From assembly GCA_963797095.1 (NCBI GenBank), contig CAWCNY010000004.1:1-64000 (forward strand): a stretch of DNA of 64,000 nucleotides. Direction: 5' to 3'. Origin of the DNA: an uncultured Chloroflexia bacterium. Lineage in GTDB: Bacteria > Chloroflexota > Chloroflexia > QHBQ01 > JADMIH01. Under the pieces are notes generated by a model that saw nothing but the letters and a program-made list of their open reading frames with translations, was not told the DNA's origin and did no database searches. Numbering within the stretch: position 1 is the stretch's first letter; each line of letters begins with the position of its first letter. This document shows, piece by piece, positions 8,700 through 19,363 of this stretch. The position numbers were made by a program, and so were the translations under genes.

Positions 8700-10223
8700 A
8701 TGAAAACAGCACCTCGGGTGATTCTGGGTCTGGCGTTGGCCGGGCTTAGCGGAGTGTTACTTACTCTATCTTTCCCACCCTACGATCTGTGGGCGCTCGC
8801 CTGGGTCGGCTTCGTGCCCGCCATCGTGGCACAGCACCGAATCTTGCCCAGGCGGCTCTCCGGCTTGACCTATGGGGTCGGCCTAGGCGGTTTCTTCTGG
8901 GGCTACTTCGGCCCGATGTTTAGCAATACTGTCTGGTTCATGGAGTGGCTACCCCTAATAGTCGCTATAGTAGCCACTTTCCTGAGCAGTGGAGACCGCG
9001 CTTTCCAGGAGCGCACGCATTACCGCTGGTTTGTGCTGGACGGTGCGGTGGTATGGGTCGGCATAGAGGCGATCAGAGGCTTTGTGCCGGTGATCGGCAC
9101 GGGTGGTTTCGTAGCGTATGCCCTCTACTCGCAGCCCTGGCTGATCCAACCAGTGGGCATATTCAGCATATATGGCTTGAGCCTGCTCGTGATGTTGGCG
9201 AATTATGCGCTGTCCCTGGGTGCGCTGGCCCTGATTGACCGGCGTTCAAGATCTACTTCTGAAGACTTGTTGGCAACGCCGGTAGCGGGCAGGCTTGCGG
9301 CAGGTTGGCTTGCTGGTATAGTAGCGGCCCTCATCCTGTGGTCGGCGCTGGGCGTCGGTCTTCTTGGACAGGCAAGCGTTACTGGGTCCGCTATACGGGT
9401 GGCTGCAATTCAGCCGGGGCCAGCAGCGGACCAGGAGACGCGCACCCACACGCTCTTCGACCAAACCAGGAGTGCTGCTTCCCAGGGAGCACAACTGGTT
9501 GTCTGGCCGGAGGGCGCCCTCAACTACGACCCGCGTGTGGGACACACAGACGACTTCAGAGGTCTGGTCAAGGAAACCGGCTTGTACCTGGTTATCGGCT
9601 ACGGCGTCAGCACGTCCGCAGGGTGGCGCAATGAGGCGATACTACTCACACCAGAGGGTGAATTTTTGGAGCCGTACGGCAAAGATCACCCGGTTGTGTG
9701 GCTCGGCGAGACGAGCCTCACGCGAGGCGCCTACCCCATATATTCGACCCCTTTTGGCACGCTGGGTACGATCATCTGCTACGACCTCAACTTCACCGAC
9801 ACGGCTCGCAAGACGGCCCTCAACGGCGCTCAGGTAATAGCTGTGCCTTCCAACGACTGGCCGGGCCTAGCTGCGAAGCAATACAGCAACCTTGCCCTGC
9901 GCGCGGTCGAGAACCGCGTCACGCTCATAAAAGCCGACACACAATACGACTCAGCGGTCATAGATCCATCGGGGCGCATCATCTCCAGCGGTGTCTCCAC
10001 CCGGCCGCTCAAGAACATCCTGATAGCAGATGTAACGCTGGGCAGGGCAGACGCACCTTTGATCCAGCTAGGCGATTGGGTCGGCTGGCTCTGCATAGTG
10101 GGCACCGTCGCATTCTTCGCCTTCGACATCATCACACGCAGGGCAACCAGGCGAAATGCGTCTGGGATCAGAAGCGAGCGCACCGCAGCTACGGATAAGG
10201 GAGCAGTTGCACAAGGCCCTTGA
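8700..10223 (+). CDS. Apolipoprotein N-acyltransferase-like protein (TM region + nitrilase/CN-hydrolase domain)
   Basis: LSFPP N-terminal TM motif; catalytic triad contexts VWPEGA (E), YGKDH (K), IICYD (C); RAVENR. Confidence 0.85.
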   Translation: MKTAPRVILGLALAGLSGVLLTLSFPPYDLWALAWVGFVPAIVAQHRILPRRLSGLTYGVGLGGFFWGYFGPMFSNTVWFMEWLPLIVAIVATFLSSGDRAFQERTHYRWFVLDGAVVWVGIEAIRGFVPVIGTGGFVAYALYSQPWLIQPVGIFSIYGLSLLVMLANYALSLGALALIDRRSRSTSEDLLATPVAGRLAAGWLAGIVAALILWSALGVGLLGQASVTGSAIRVAAIQPGPAADQETRTHTLFDQTRSAASQGAQLVVWPEGALNYDPRVGHTDDFRGLVKETGLYLVIGYGVSTSAGWRNEAILLTPEGEFLEPYGKDHPVVWLGETSLTRGAYPIYSTPFGTLGTIICYDLNFTDTARKTALNGAQVIAVPSNDWPGLAAKQYSNLALRAVENRVTLIKADTQYDSAVIDPSGRIISSGVSTRPLKNILIADVTLGRADAPLIQLGDWVGWLCIVGTVAFFAFDIITRRATRRNASGIRSERTAATDKGAVAQGP

Positions 10224-10271
10224 ACCGGCAGCTCGTACCTGCTGATACCTGACACATCGGAGGGAATAACC

Positions 10272-11450
10272 ATGCAAACGCAAGTTTCCAGTGCTGCTAC
10301 CGGTGAGCGACGACACCATATTGACTGGCTCAGAATAGGAGCGGTCTTCCTGCTCATTCCATTTCACACCGCGAGGATCTTTGACATCTGGGAAGACAAC
10401 TACGTGAAGAACGCCCAAACCAGCGACGCGCTGAGCTATATGATCGCCGTGATTGCGCCGTGGCACATGCCGCTGCTGTTCGTGCTGGCGGGGGCGGCCA
10501 GCTGGTTTGCCCTGGGCCGCAGAACAGGCGGGCAGTACCTGGCCGAGAGGGCAAAGCGTCTGCTGGTGCCTTTCCTTTTCGGTTTGCTGGTGATCGTACC
10601 TCCGCAGGTGTATCTGGCGGAATTGAAGCGGCCAGGTTACCCCGATTCGTTCTTGCAGTTCTACCCGAGCTTCTTCGATCTTCCTGGTAGCGATCTGACC
10701 GGCTACAATGGCGGCTTCACTCCGGGGCACCTGTGGTTCATCCTTTACCTTGCCGTCTTCTCCGCTGTCGCCCTCCCGGCCTTTCTCTACCTGAGAACGC
10801 TATCCGGTTCGCGGGTCGTATCGCGGCTGGCTGGCCTGATGCAGTACCGCGGTGCTATCTTCCTCCTTGCTGTCCCCATCGCCTTCCTGGCCGCGCTGCC
10901 CGGCGTCAGTGGCAAGAATCCCTTCACCTACATGGGGCTTTTCATGTGCGGGTATTTGCTTCTATCAGATGCGGGCTTCCAGCAGGCGATAGCTAGGGAG
11001 CGGTTGATGGCCCTGGTGGGCGGCGTGCTCGCTATGGGCATAACACTGCCTCTCATGGCCTGGTACAACAATCCCACCACAGAGCGCACGCCTCTCTTCA
11101 TCTTGTTCCATTTCCTGGTCTATTTCAACATGTGGTTCTGGATCGTGGCCTTGCTCGGCTACGCACAGAAGTATCTGGCCTTCAGCAATAAGCTGCTCGG
11201 CTACGCAAGTGAAGCCGCGTACCCTTTCTACATCCTCCACCAGACGATCATCATACTGATCGGTTACTACGTGGTGCAGTGGAACATCGGGGTGGGGCCC
11301 AAATTCCTCATTATTGGAGTGACAGCGTTCCTTGGCACGGTGCTGGTATACGAGCTATTTGTCAGGCGCACCAATCTGACGAGGTTGCTCTTCGGGATGA
11401 AACCGTTGCCGAAGGAGACGGTAACACGGGTAATGCAGCAGCCTGCTTAG
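10272..11450 (+). CDS. Acyltransferase family 3 (OpgC/MdoC-like) membrane protein
   Basis: RRHHIDWLR, WHMPLLF, R.KRLLVPF, HLWFILYL, AYPFYILHQ motifs. Confidence 0.88.
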   Translation: MQTQVSSAATGERRHHIDWLRIGAVFLLIPFHTARIFDIWEDNYVKNAQTSDALSYMIAVIAPWHMPLLFVLAGAASWFALGRRTGGQYLAERAKRLLVPFLFGLLVIVPPQVYLAELKRPGYPDSFLQFYPSFFDLPGSDLTGYNGGFTPGHLWFILYLAVFSAVALPAFLYLRTLSGSRVVSRLAGLMQYRGAIFLLAVPIAFLAALPGVSGKNPFTYMGLFMCGYLLLSDAGFQQAIARERLMALVGGVLAMGITLPLMAWYNNPTTERTPLFILFHFLVYFNMWFWIVALLGYAQKYLAFSNKLLGYASEAAYPFYILHQTIIILIGYYVVQWNIGVGPKFLIIGVTAFLGTVLVYELFVRRTNLTRLLFGMKPLPKETVTRVMQQPA

Positions 11451-11565
11451 GCAATGGGCTGCTCTAGACTTTACCGCCCGATGCTGCTGCGGCAATAGAA
11501 ATAGCGGACCCGGCCCCATCTGCCTGGGGGGATCTGGCGCCGCATGGCTCAGGAGGCAACAGTCG

Positions 11566-12548
11566 ATGAAAGTCAACCATTATGTGCGTGGTCTTGCTCA
11601 TCTGCTGGCCACGTCGATATTAGCTGTATTAGCGGCTCTGCTCTTGTATATGCTGGTCATTGGCGGCTGGCAAGAGCGCTGGGGTGCGACCGGCGCGGAG
11701 GTGAGCCAGGCGTTTCCCGGCGACGAACTGGTAGCGCAATCTCAGAACCAGACAACCCGGGCGATCACAATCAACGCGCCCCTCCAAACGTCTGGCCCTG
11801 GCTGGTGCAGATGGGACAGGGCCGCGGTGGCCTTTACAGCTATGAAACGCTCGAAAACTTGATCGGCTGCGATATGCACAATGCCGGCACCGTTCACCCC
11901 GAATGGCAAAACACACGTGTGGGCGACAGGGTGCGTATGTACCCGGAGGGGAGCGGTCCGCCTCCCTACACAGTGGCCAGGATCGTGCCAGGCCAGGCGT
12001 TTATAGCGGGGCACTCAACCGGTCAGGGAGGCGTGCCCGCTACGGTGACACCCCAGACAGAATGGAGCGACACCTGGGCCTTTATACTCCAACCCGTCAG
12101 CGAGAACAGCACACGGCTGATCATCCGCTCGCGCTCCACCTACGCAGATCCCACCATGAGCGCGATCATGACCGCGGTAGAGCCGGGATACTTCATCATG
12201 GAGCGCGGTATGCTCTCGGGCATCAAAGAGCGGGCCGAGCGGGCGGCGGGCCTTGCGGCCAACTACACTGCAGCCGACGGGTGGAGTGCAGCTTTCTTGC
12301 TGCTGGCATTTGTGGGTCTGGTGGCCTACTTGTTCCTGGGACGTTGGCCGGACAAACTCATCGTTGCTCCGACCGGAGCGCTACTATGGGAGACAACGCT
12401 CTTCTTTGGCTACCCCTCGGTGCTAATAGCTGCCGCGATGGGAGTCGTGGCTATTCTGGCGCTGACGTGGAAGTTCCTGCCCATCCCCATAAGGAGGCAT
12501 GCAGTCTTTCCCATAAGGAGGCATGCAGTCTTTCCGACCTCCGTGTAG
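11566..12548 (+). CDS. SRPBCC-like membrane-anchored protein, frameshifted near 11785
   Basis: RWGAT..E....PGDELV...TRAITINAP (frame of 11566) joins VWPWLVQMGQGRGGLYSY...MERGML.GIKERAE (frame of 11544) across a C-run. Confidence 0.75.
12487..12534. repeat. 24-bp tandem duplication
   Basis: CCATAAGGAGGCATGCAGTCTTTC x2, giving PIRRHAVF x2. Confidence 0.9.
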
Positions 12549-12607
12549 GTAGTCGATATATGCCTTTAGGGCAATAAGCGATCCTGAACGTCCAAGGAGA
12601 AAACTCC

Positions 12608-13477
12608 ATGAATTTGAATAATCATGAGCATGCTCTACCCACCAAAAGCAATCTCGCCCTCGCCTATGTAGTCTCTCTTGTCGTCGCCTTCGTTATGGCC
12701 GTCTCATCGCTGGCTGGTCTAATTTATGGATCGAGCATTTACCCAGGTCTCGAAGCCAAAATGCTGCCGCTTTTCGTGGGCCAAGACGCGCTCAATCTCC
12801 TCGTCGCGGTGCCCATGTTGCTAGGGTCTATGTGGCTCGCGCGTCGTGACAGCCTCGTGGGTCTGCTGCTGTGGCCGGGGGCGCTCTTTTACGATTACGG
12901 CTATTACGTCCTTGGTGCGCCGTTCAATCCCTTCTTCCTGCCTTATATTGCGCTCATGACGCTGAGTGCTTACACGATGATCGGGATCGTCGCGAGTATC
13001 GATGGGGGTGGGGTTCGCGAGCGGCTTGCGAGTACGGTCCCGCCCCGGCTCATCGGGGGCTTCCTGGTGGCGCTCGCACTACTGTTCACGACGCTGTGGA
13101 CGCTGATGACCCTCTCTGCGCTATCGAGGAGCACGACCCTCGACCCGATAGCCCATGTCGTGGTGATCATGGATCTCACCGTGCAACTGCCTGCCCTATT
13201 CGTGGGGGGCATTTTGCTGTGGCGCCGCCAGTCGCTCGCATATGTTGTCGCGGTGGGCCTGCTGCTCCAGGCGGGAGTGTACCTCGCCGGCCTGTCGGTC
13301 ATTACCATTGTGCAAGAGGTGGTCGCTGCTGCTCCGTTTGACCCGGTCGCGGTGGTCCCCGGTTTTGTCGTGGGAGCCATCTGCCTGGGGCTTATAGGGC
13401 CATTTGTGCGAGGCGCAGGCGCACCTCACCGGGCGACATCGCGCAAGAGCAAAGAGACGTATGCAGTGCTGCGTTAG
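12608..13477 (+). CDS. Hypothetical multi-pass membrane protein
   Basis: GQD.LNL.VAVP motif, about 8 TM helices, RBS AAGGAG. Confidence 0.75.
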   Translation: MNLNNHEHALPTKSNLALAYVVSLVVAFVMAVSSLAGLIYGSSIYPGLEAKMLPLFVGQDALNLLVAVPMLLGSMWLARRDSLVGLLLWPGALFYDYGYYVLGAPFNPFFLPYIALMTLSAYTMIGIVASIDGGGVRERLASTVPPRLIGGFLVALALLFTTLWTLMTLSALSRSTTLDPIAHVVVIMDLTVQLPALFVGGILLWRRQSLAYVVAVGLLLQAGVYLAGLSVITIVQEVVAAAPFDPVAVVPGFVVGAICLGLIGPFVRGAGAPHRATSRKSKETYAVLR

Positions 13478-13516
13478 TTCGGACCAAACATTGTAGGAAA
13501 GGAGAAGAAAGACGAT

Positions 13517-13977
13517 GGTCTCTCCTGCGATGTTACTTGAGGCTTTACCGTGCTAGTGCTCCAAGTAGATTGGCTGCTTGTACGCCTGGCAACGGAACGT
13601 TGGCACTGCTGCCTTGATGCGTTCGGCGCGGTCATAGTTGTTGCTGTTGTGATGTTCACTGCTCCTCTTATCCTTACCCTAGCGTCCTTACCCTAGCGGC
13701 CACTAAGCGGCCCCAGAGGATCGGATCTGGCGATGGGCGGACTTCATCCCACTGTAGTGTAGAACACCAGCGTCTAATAACCGGTGTAAGCGGGTTGCAC
13801 ATTGGTGAAAATTGGAGCCTCACGGACCTATGGCACGCAGGTCTTTTGGCAGGCAGGTCTTTCACCTCACACGGTTGCCAGGCTAGTCTTGTTTTGCGTC
13901 GTCCTCTGCCTGTGCACCCAGCGTGCAAGCCCGCTTACACCAACAATCAGAGCCAATGTGAGCACACAAACCCGTAG
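13517..13977 (-). repeat. Copy B of inverted duplicated regulatory/leader module
   Basis: Reverse complement of 6556-6973 with small insertions (e.g. TCCTTACCCTAGCG x2); small ORF 13659->13474; abuts IS6 left end. Confidence 0.9.
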
Positions 13978-13980
13978 GAG

Positions 13981-14986
13981 GGAAGTGTCAGAAACCAAAC
14001 CACCGGGTGGCCTGAATGCAATGATTCGGTTATCCTTCCATAAAGTCGTACCAAGGAGTACCGATGAATTGCCCCAACTGCCCGCATTGCTCCTGCTCTG
14101 CAACCAGCCAACTATCAAGGAGAACTGCTCTTGGCTGTAATGTCTTCCGTTGCAGACGGTGCAATCGCGTCTTCAACGAGCGTACGGGCACTGCCTTCAA
14201 TCACCTTCAGGTCCCCACTGATATCGTGCTGTTCGTTGTTTTGTGGAGGCTGCGATACAAACTGAGCCTGCGAGACCTTGCCGAGATGTTCCTGGTGCGT
14301 GGGTTTGAGTTTACCCACGAAACAGTTCGAGATTGGGAGGATCGCTTTGCCCCGCTAGTCACTGAACAGTTGCGATCAAGGCGCAAGGGAAAAGCAGGTC
14401 GTTCCTGGCACACCGATGAAACCTATGTGAAGGTGAATGGCAAGTGGCACTATCTGTATCGAGCAATCGATCGTGATGGTAACTTGATAGACTCGATGCT
14501 CTCGGAGAAGAGAGACATGGAGGCAGCCAAGCGGTTCTTCAAGGGAGCCGGGGAAGCTGTCGGTCATAAGCCCGAGAAGGTAACGACCGATGGCCATGAC
14601 TCCTACCCGTGCCATCCGCCGAATATTGGGCCGCAAAGTTGTACACCGGACGAACCGCTACGTGAACAATCGAGTCGAACAGGATCACCGAGGGATCAAA
14701 CAGAGGTATTATCCAATGAGAGGATTCGGGAATTTCGATTCCGCATACCGCTTCTGCCGGGCGTTTGACGAACAACGAGATTACTTTCGACATCGCACCA
14801 GACCGAAGGAGAAAGTATCCTTACTGGAACAACGGAGAATGTTCAGGCACAGATTTGGGGCCCTGCAATTTCTGCTGATGACGGCATAACGGCAAGCAAT
14901 AAATAAAGCAATAGCTTTGGCGGAGGCTGGTCGAGACGTTATAAGCCCCACTGGGGAGACTGTGTGCTGCCAGTTCTGACACTGCC
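13981..14986 (+). mobile_element. IS6-family insertion sequence
   Basis: Ends GGAAGTGTCAGAAAC (13981) and GTTCTGACACTGCC (14986); no TSD evident. Confidence 0.85.
14064..14889 (+). pseudogene. IS6-family transposase, frameshifted near 14607
   Basis: N-terminal Zn ribbon CxxC; WHTDETYVKV.GKWHYLYRAID; TDGHDSY; NNRVEQDHRGIK in second frame. Confidence 0.9.
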
Positions 14987-15021
14987 TCCCCGCTACCCTC
15001 ACCCGCTACATCGATTTCATC

Positions 15022-15645
15022 TCACTTTGCACTGAAGACATCATCGACGCTCACGGCAAGGTCAATCAGCAGCACTGAGGTCGCCTGCTCGCCTCTGTGG
15101 AAAACGCCATGCTCCATGTAGAGCGACTCTTGCAATGTCAGCACAGTGATCGTTTCGTCCAGTGGGTCCACGATCCAGTACTCGGGTATGCCCGCTTCGG
15201 CATAATCAGCACGCTTTATCAAAGTGTCGCGTTCACGGTCGTCCGGGCTTACCACTTCCATGACCAGGTCCGCACCCAACCAATAAGCGTCTTGCGCTCG
15301 GGGATCATCAGCGTTGCGTAATAGCAATAGGTCCGGTTCGCGATATTTGCCTTCGCGGACTTGGATACGCAACGGGGCAAAGAACACAGTACCACCAACC
15401 CGTGCTGTAAGAGAGTAAAGTGCCAGAAACAGGAAACGTACAATCGCCTGATGCCTCTGCGTTGGCATTGGCAGCACCTCTATCGAACCATCGGTATATT
15501 CGAGTAACCTGCTGCTACCGTCTGTGAGGCGCAGGTATTGCTCCTCGCTCCACAATCCCTGGAGAGAGTCGAGGTTCGAGATGGTACCATCGTCATCAGC
15601 TACGATTCGCAGTCCTGTTGTGCGTAGAACAACTCTTGTAGTCAT
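15022..15645 (-). CDS. Uma2 family (DUF820) endonuclease-like protein
   Basis: REPD, LVMEVVSP, KRADYAEAGIPEYWIVDP. Confidence 0.9.
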   Translation of the reverse strand: MTTRVVLRTTGLRIVADDDGTISNLDSLQGLWSEEQYLRLTDGSSRLLEYTDGSIEVLPMPTQRHQAIVRFLFLALYSLTARVGGTVFFAPLRIQVREGKYREPDLLLLRNADDPRAQDAYWLGADLVMEVVSPDDRERDTLIKRADYAEAGIPEYWIVDPLDETITVLTLQESLYMEHGVFHRGEQATSVLLIDLAVSVDDVFSAK

Positions 15646-15700
15646 GGCTCATGTCGAAATCGTGAAAGCATCCAAACCCTGGCCAGAGCAACTACCACTG

Positions 15701-15740
15701 CTTCCCACTACCCGCTTCCCACTACCCGCTTCCCACTACC
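15701..15740. repeat. 14-bp tandem repeat, about 3 copies
   Basis: CTTCCCACTACCCG x2 plus a partial third copy. Confidence 0.85.
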
Positions 15741-15800
15741 ACAGTATATATCAGAGGGTCGCCCCCTAGCAACTATGCCAGAGCGCTCCCTCCTCATACA

Positions 15801-16088
15801 TTATTGGATCGTTTTGGCGTCTGCCAACAGCCACTCACGTTCGCCCTCCGCAGAGTCAGGAGGGAGAATCCGCTTCAGATCGTGCAGGTGGCGGCGTAGA
15901 TTGGCTCGCGCGGCTGCTTCCGGCTCGTCCGGCCAGAGAGTATACGCCAGGGTCTCGCGCTTAACAGGGTGCGCACGATGCAGCAGAAGATAGGCCCACA
16001 TTGCCCAGGTCCTGGGTAATGTGGCAACTTCGCGCGGCTCATTGTCAACCAGAAAGTGGGGACGGCCAAGTAGATGAATGTGGAGCAT
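15801..16088 (-). pseudogene. Truncated SARP/AfsR-type regulator (N-terminal winged helix only)
   Basis: IHLLGRP...AYLLLH...RETLAYTLWPD...ARANLRRHLHDLK; ends before a BTAD domain. Confidence 0.75.
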
Positions 16089-16349
16089 AAGCAAAGCGAC
16101 CCCTGTAGATACCATTAACTACCGGAGCTACCGGCTTGGGCCGTCGATCCGGTTGCGCGGGGCCGGAAGGGTGGGAGCTATCTCGGGTGTCCGAGGTGTT
16201 GGAACACCTCACGGTGCCGATATACCAGCTTGGCGCGCCAGGCACCTTTTCTTCTTTCCGGATGGGGTGGTGCCTGACCTCTATTATACTACCTAAGTAG
16301 CGAGGGTTAGGAAAACAGCTGAAGACCCTATTGCATCGTCTCGTTCTTT

Positions 16350-16397
16350 ACAGGTAGGGTGGCGGTTGTCGACAGGGACAACCGCCACCCTACCTGT
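16350..16397. terminator. Perfect 21-bp stem hairpin (terminator-like)
   Basis: ACAGGTAGGGTGGCGGTTGTC-GACAGG-GACAACCGCCACCCTACCTGT. Confidence 0.6.
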
Positions 16398-16669
16398 TAC
16401 TGATTGTCCTGTTACCTCAAAGAGCGTCTGCCAGCCTCAAGTCTCTTTAGTTGGCTCGAGCAAAGCCACGATTGCGGCCTGGCTGCTGTGCCCACTTCCT
16501 CGCAGACTAGATAACAGTACCCCTTCTGAGCATTATTTAGCTGTTGGACCTCGTCGGCCAGCGAATGACGCTGATAATTACCCGATGAGATTGGATACCC
16601 CACCCGGCTCCGCCGCCTGCCAAAAGGCCGAAAGAAGCAAGAGCAGATTGGCTCGCAAGTGAACTATGC

Positions 16670-17290
16670 GTGCAACAATGGGCTGATGAGGAGTACGAAA
16701 CGATACGCCATCCAGCTCTAGGAATGACGCCACGTGAAGCGTATCAGCTCAGCATCAAGCGCGATGGGGGACGTGTTCACAAGGAGAAAGGAGATCGCCT
16801 ACAACGAGACATTCTCTATGGCAGCCACACCGTCTATCAGGAAAGGCACAGCGAAGGTCGTGCCCGGTTCGGGGTCAGGATGAACTATCTGGACTACTGG
16901 TGTGAAGCCATGCGAGATGCCACGGTGGAAGGGGAGCAGGTCAAGGTTCGCTACGATCCTTTCGATGTGAGCGTTGGATTTGCCTACATCGATGGCAGAT
17001 GGCGGCAGTGCTTCACTGCGTACAATGAATTCGCCGGATGTTCCGAGCGAGAGCTGCAACTGCGCGCCTCGGAATTACGCCAAAACCATCGGCTTCAATA
17101 TGCCAAAACCATCGGCTTCAATATGGCCGAGCAAGTGGAGATCACGCAAAAGCAACTCGCTGACTTCCGGCGCGAGAATGCAACCAAGCAGGAGATCCTG
17201 CGTCAACAACGTCATGATCGGGAGACAAGAGCAGCACTCCTCATGCTTGAAGGAGGAAAGCACCCACATGCTCCCACTCCCATAGCTGAG
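16670..17290 (+). pseudogene. C-terminal fragment of Mu/TnsB-like DDE transposase
   Basis: HPALGMTPREA, YLDYW...V.VRYDPFDVS...AYIDGRW; no catalytic N-terminus; contains 23-bp tandem duplication 17079-17124. Confidence 0.7.
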
Positions 17291-17403
17291 AGCCAGCGAG
17301 CTCCATCAAGCATTTTTCTCCTTAGGTGTGGTAACCAGAGGATACACCCTGACCTGCTGTCCCTTTCAGCCGGTCCACAAATCCCAATTTACAGAATAGA
17401 TGT

Positions 17404-18596
17404 GATCCTGTTGGCGAAGTGGAGGTCAGGCAGCCAGTGCCAGGGCTCGCAAGGGAGACTTGCGGGTCGGCTCCGGCCGCTCCCCATTTAGCCATTCTAC
17501 GACCCGCACAGCATTGATTGCTTCCGCTGTCGCCACATGCTGCAGGTGAGTCGAGGCAAACCCAATGTAGCGGCTCTCTCGCAACCCCATCCGACGCACT
17601 CCTTGCGAGAGGGTGCCCTCAATACCTGCTCGCTTTCCGTACAAAGCCTTGAACTCCTCTGTCTCTTGCCGCTTGCGTGCCGCTTCCTGAGCTTCATATT
17701 CTAACTGGGGATAGACCGTCAGGGTGCGTCCCACATTGTGAGCACGACTACATCGCTCCCTCAAAAGGAACGGTTGACAATCCTGTAAATCAAAGGTAAA
17801 CAGCACGTTGGGTGTCCCACGCCACGTCTTTCGCTCGGCATGATGAGCACTCTTCTTCCCATTCGGGCAAGTGGCCACCTTGGCTTGCCAATCGATGTGA
17901 AACTGGGTGTGGTCGAAGGCTTCCTCCGTGCGCGATTGCCAGCTCTTGTGACTTGGTATTGGACCCACCAGATCCACTCCCCTTCTCTGGTTCTTCACCA
18001 CAAGGTCGGTGTCCATGTAGCCTTCATCAACCAGATGTGTGTCTGGGAGCAGGTCCCGCTGTGCCAGATCATCCTGGATAATTGGTGTAGCCTTCGCGTC
18101 GTGGGTGGTAGCCGTGGTAGTTTGCACTTGGGTGATAAGATGGGGCTCTTCTTCGTCGCATGTTTCCGTCAGGTGCACCCTGTACCCGATCCATTCAGTG
18201 CTACGCTTCACACAGTAGCTGATGTCCAGGTCCTTGGGTGAGGCAATCATCTGATTGGCAGGTGGCTGCCCCCACCTCTTCTTGTCTGTAGCTCGCCAGT
18301 AGATCTGCCCTTCCTCTATATAGCATTGCTGGATCCAGATACGGCGTAGGGTCTCGACCATGGGCAAGGTCTTCACCTGCTGGGGAGTACTCTGTGCTTG
18401 GATCATCTCGAACAAGGAGACGCCGTCTCGTTGGGGAAAGCAGTTTTGGCTACCTGTTGGGTCAACCAAGGGATTTGGGTGGTATCTTGTGGCTGGAGCA
18501 TCTTGCAAACCTCCTAAGATGGGTTTATGGTCTCTGATCTCAGCACGATATGGGCCTATGGTCTCCCCAACGTATCCTGACTTCGCCAACAGGATC
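17404..18596 (-). mobile_element. Internally deleted IS1182-like element with 17-bp IRs and 7-bp TSD
   Basis: GATCCTGTTGGCGAAGT (17404-17420) / ACTTCGCCAACAGGATC (18580-18596); TAGATGT on both flanks. Confidence 0.88.
17426..18501 (-). pseudogene. IS1182-like transposase with internal deletion
   Basis: ATG 18501 gives MLQPQDTTQIPWLTQQVAKTAFPN, joined out of frame to DGVSL...WIGYRVHLTETCD...LVDEGY...RAGIEGTLSQ. Confidence 0.8.
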
Positions 18597-18607
18597 TAGA
18601 TGTTATA

Positions 18608-19363
18608 CTAACAAGTTACATCCAGCTCGCTTGTTGTTTCTGTGAGGCTGAAGAGATAGATTATCTCAACCAATATATCGCGCCGAGCGACCTCTTCGAT
18701 GCGCCATCCACAGTCGCGCAGGATTTGAAGGATCGTATCCAGGTCAGCGGCATCACCGATACTTATAATGCAGGAGGCATTGGGGTTGAGATGGTCGTGC
18801 AGGCCAGTGCCGAGTCGCTCAAGCCACTCCAGATTGTATCCGCCCCAGTAGGCAAGCCCTGCCGCCGATTGCGGCTCACCGCGCAAATAGGGTGGGTTGC
18901 ATATTACCAGGTCAAATCGCTCGCTCTTTACAGGCTCGAAGAGGTCTCCCTGCCTGACCGATATGACCTGTTGAAGGCCATAGCGTGCCGCGTTGAGCCG
19001 GGCACACTCCACAGCGGCCGGGTTGATATCGGCGGCTACCACCGAACCTGCGCCTGCCAGGGCCGCCGCAATTGCAAGGACGCCACTTCCGGTTCCCAGG
19101 TCGAGTACCGAGCTATTAACCGCAACCACACCAGTTTCTCTTAGATGGCGGGCAAAAGCGGAACTTGTAAAGTGATAGGCCGGATTGAATACATCAGGCA
19201 AGACGCGCAAGTCAAGCCCTGCTACCCTCGCTTTGCGTTCAGGTTCCTTATCGGGGTCGAAATGGCGGAAGCGCCAGGCGAGCCAGCGCTTTCCCACTCT
19301 CCTCGCTGCAGATCGAACAAGTGAGCGTTGCACATGAGAAGAAGGAGGTCGGGGGTCGCTCAT
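18608..19363 (-). CDS. SAM-dependent methyltransferase, HemK/PrmC-related (NPPY)
   Basis: VLDLGTGSG, DINP.AV, GDLF, NPPY; ATG 19363 overlaps upstream stop (ATGA). Confidence 0.88.
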   Translation of the reverse strand: MSDPRPPSSHVQRSLVRSAARRVGKRWLAWRFRHFDPDKEPERKARVAGLDLRVLPDVFNPAYHFTSSAFARHLRETGVVAVNSSVLDLGTGSGVLAIAAALAGAGSVVAADINPAAVECARLNAARYGLQQVISVRQGDLFEPVKSERFDLVICNPPYLRGEPQSAAGLAYWGGYNLEWLERLGTGLHDHLNPNASCIISIGDAADLDTILQILRDCGWRIEEVARRDILVEIIYLFSLTETTSELDVTC

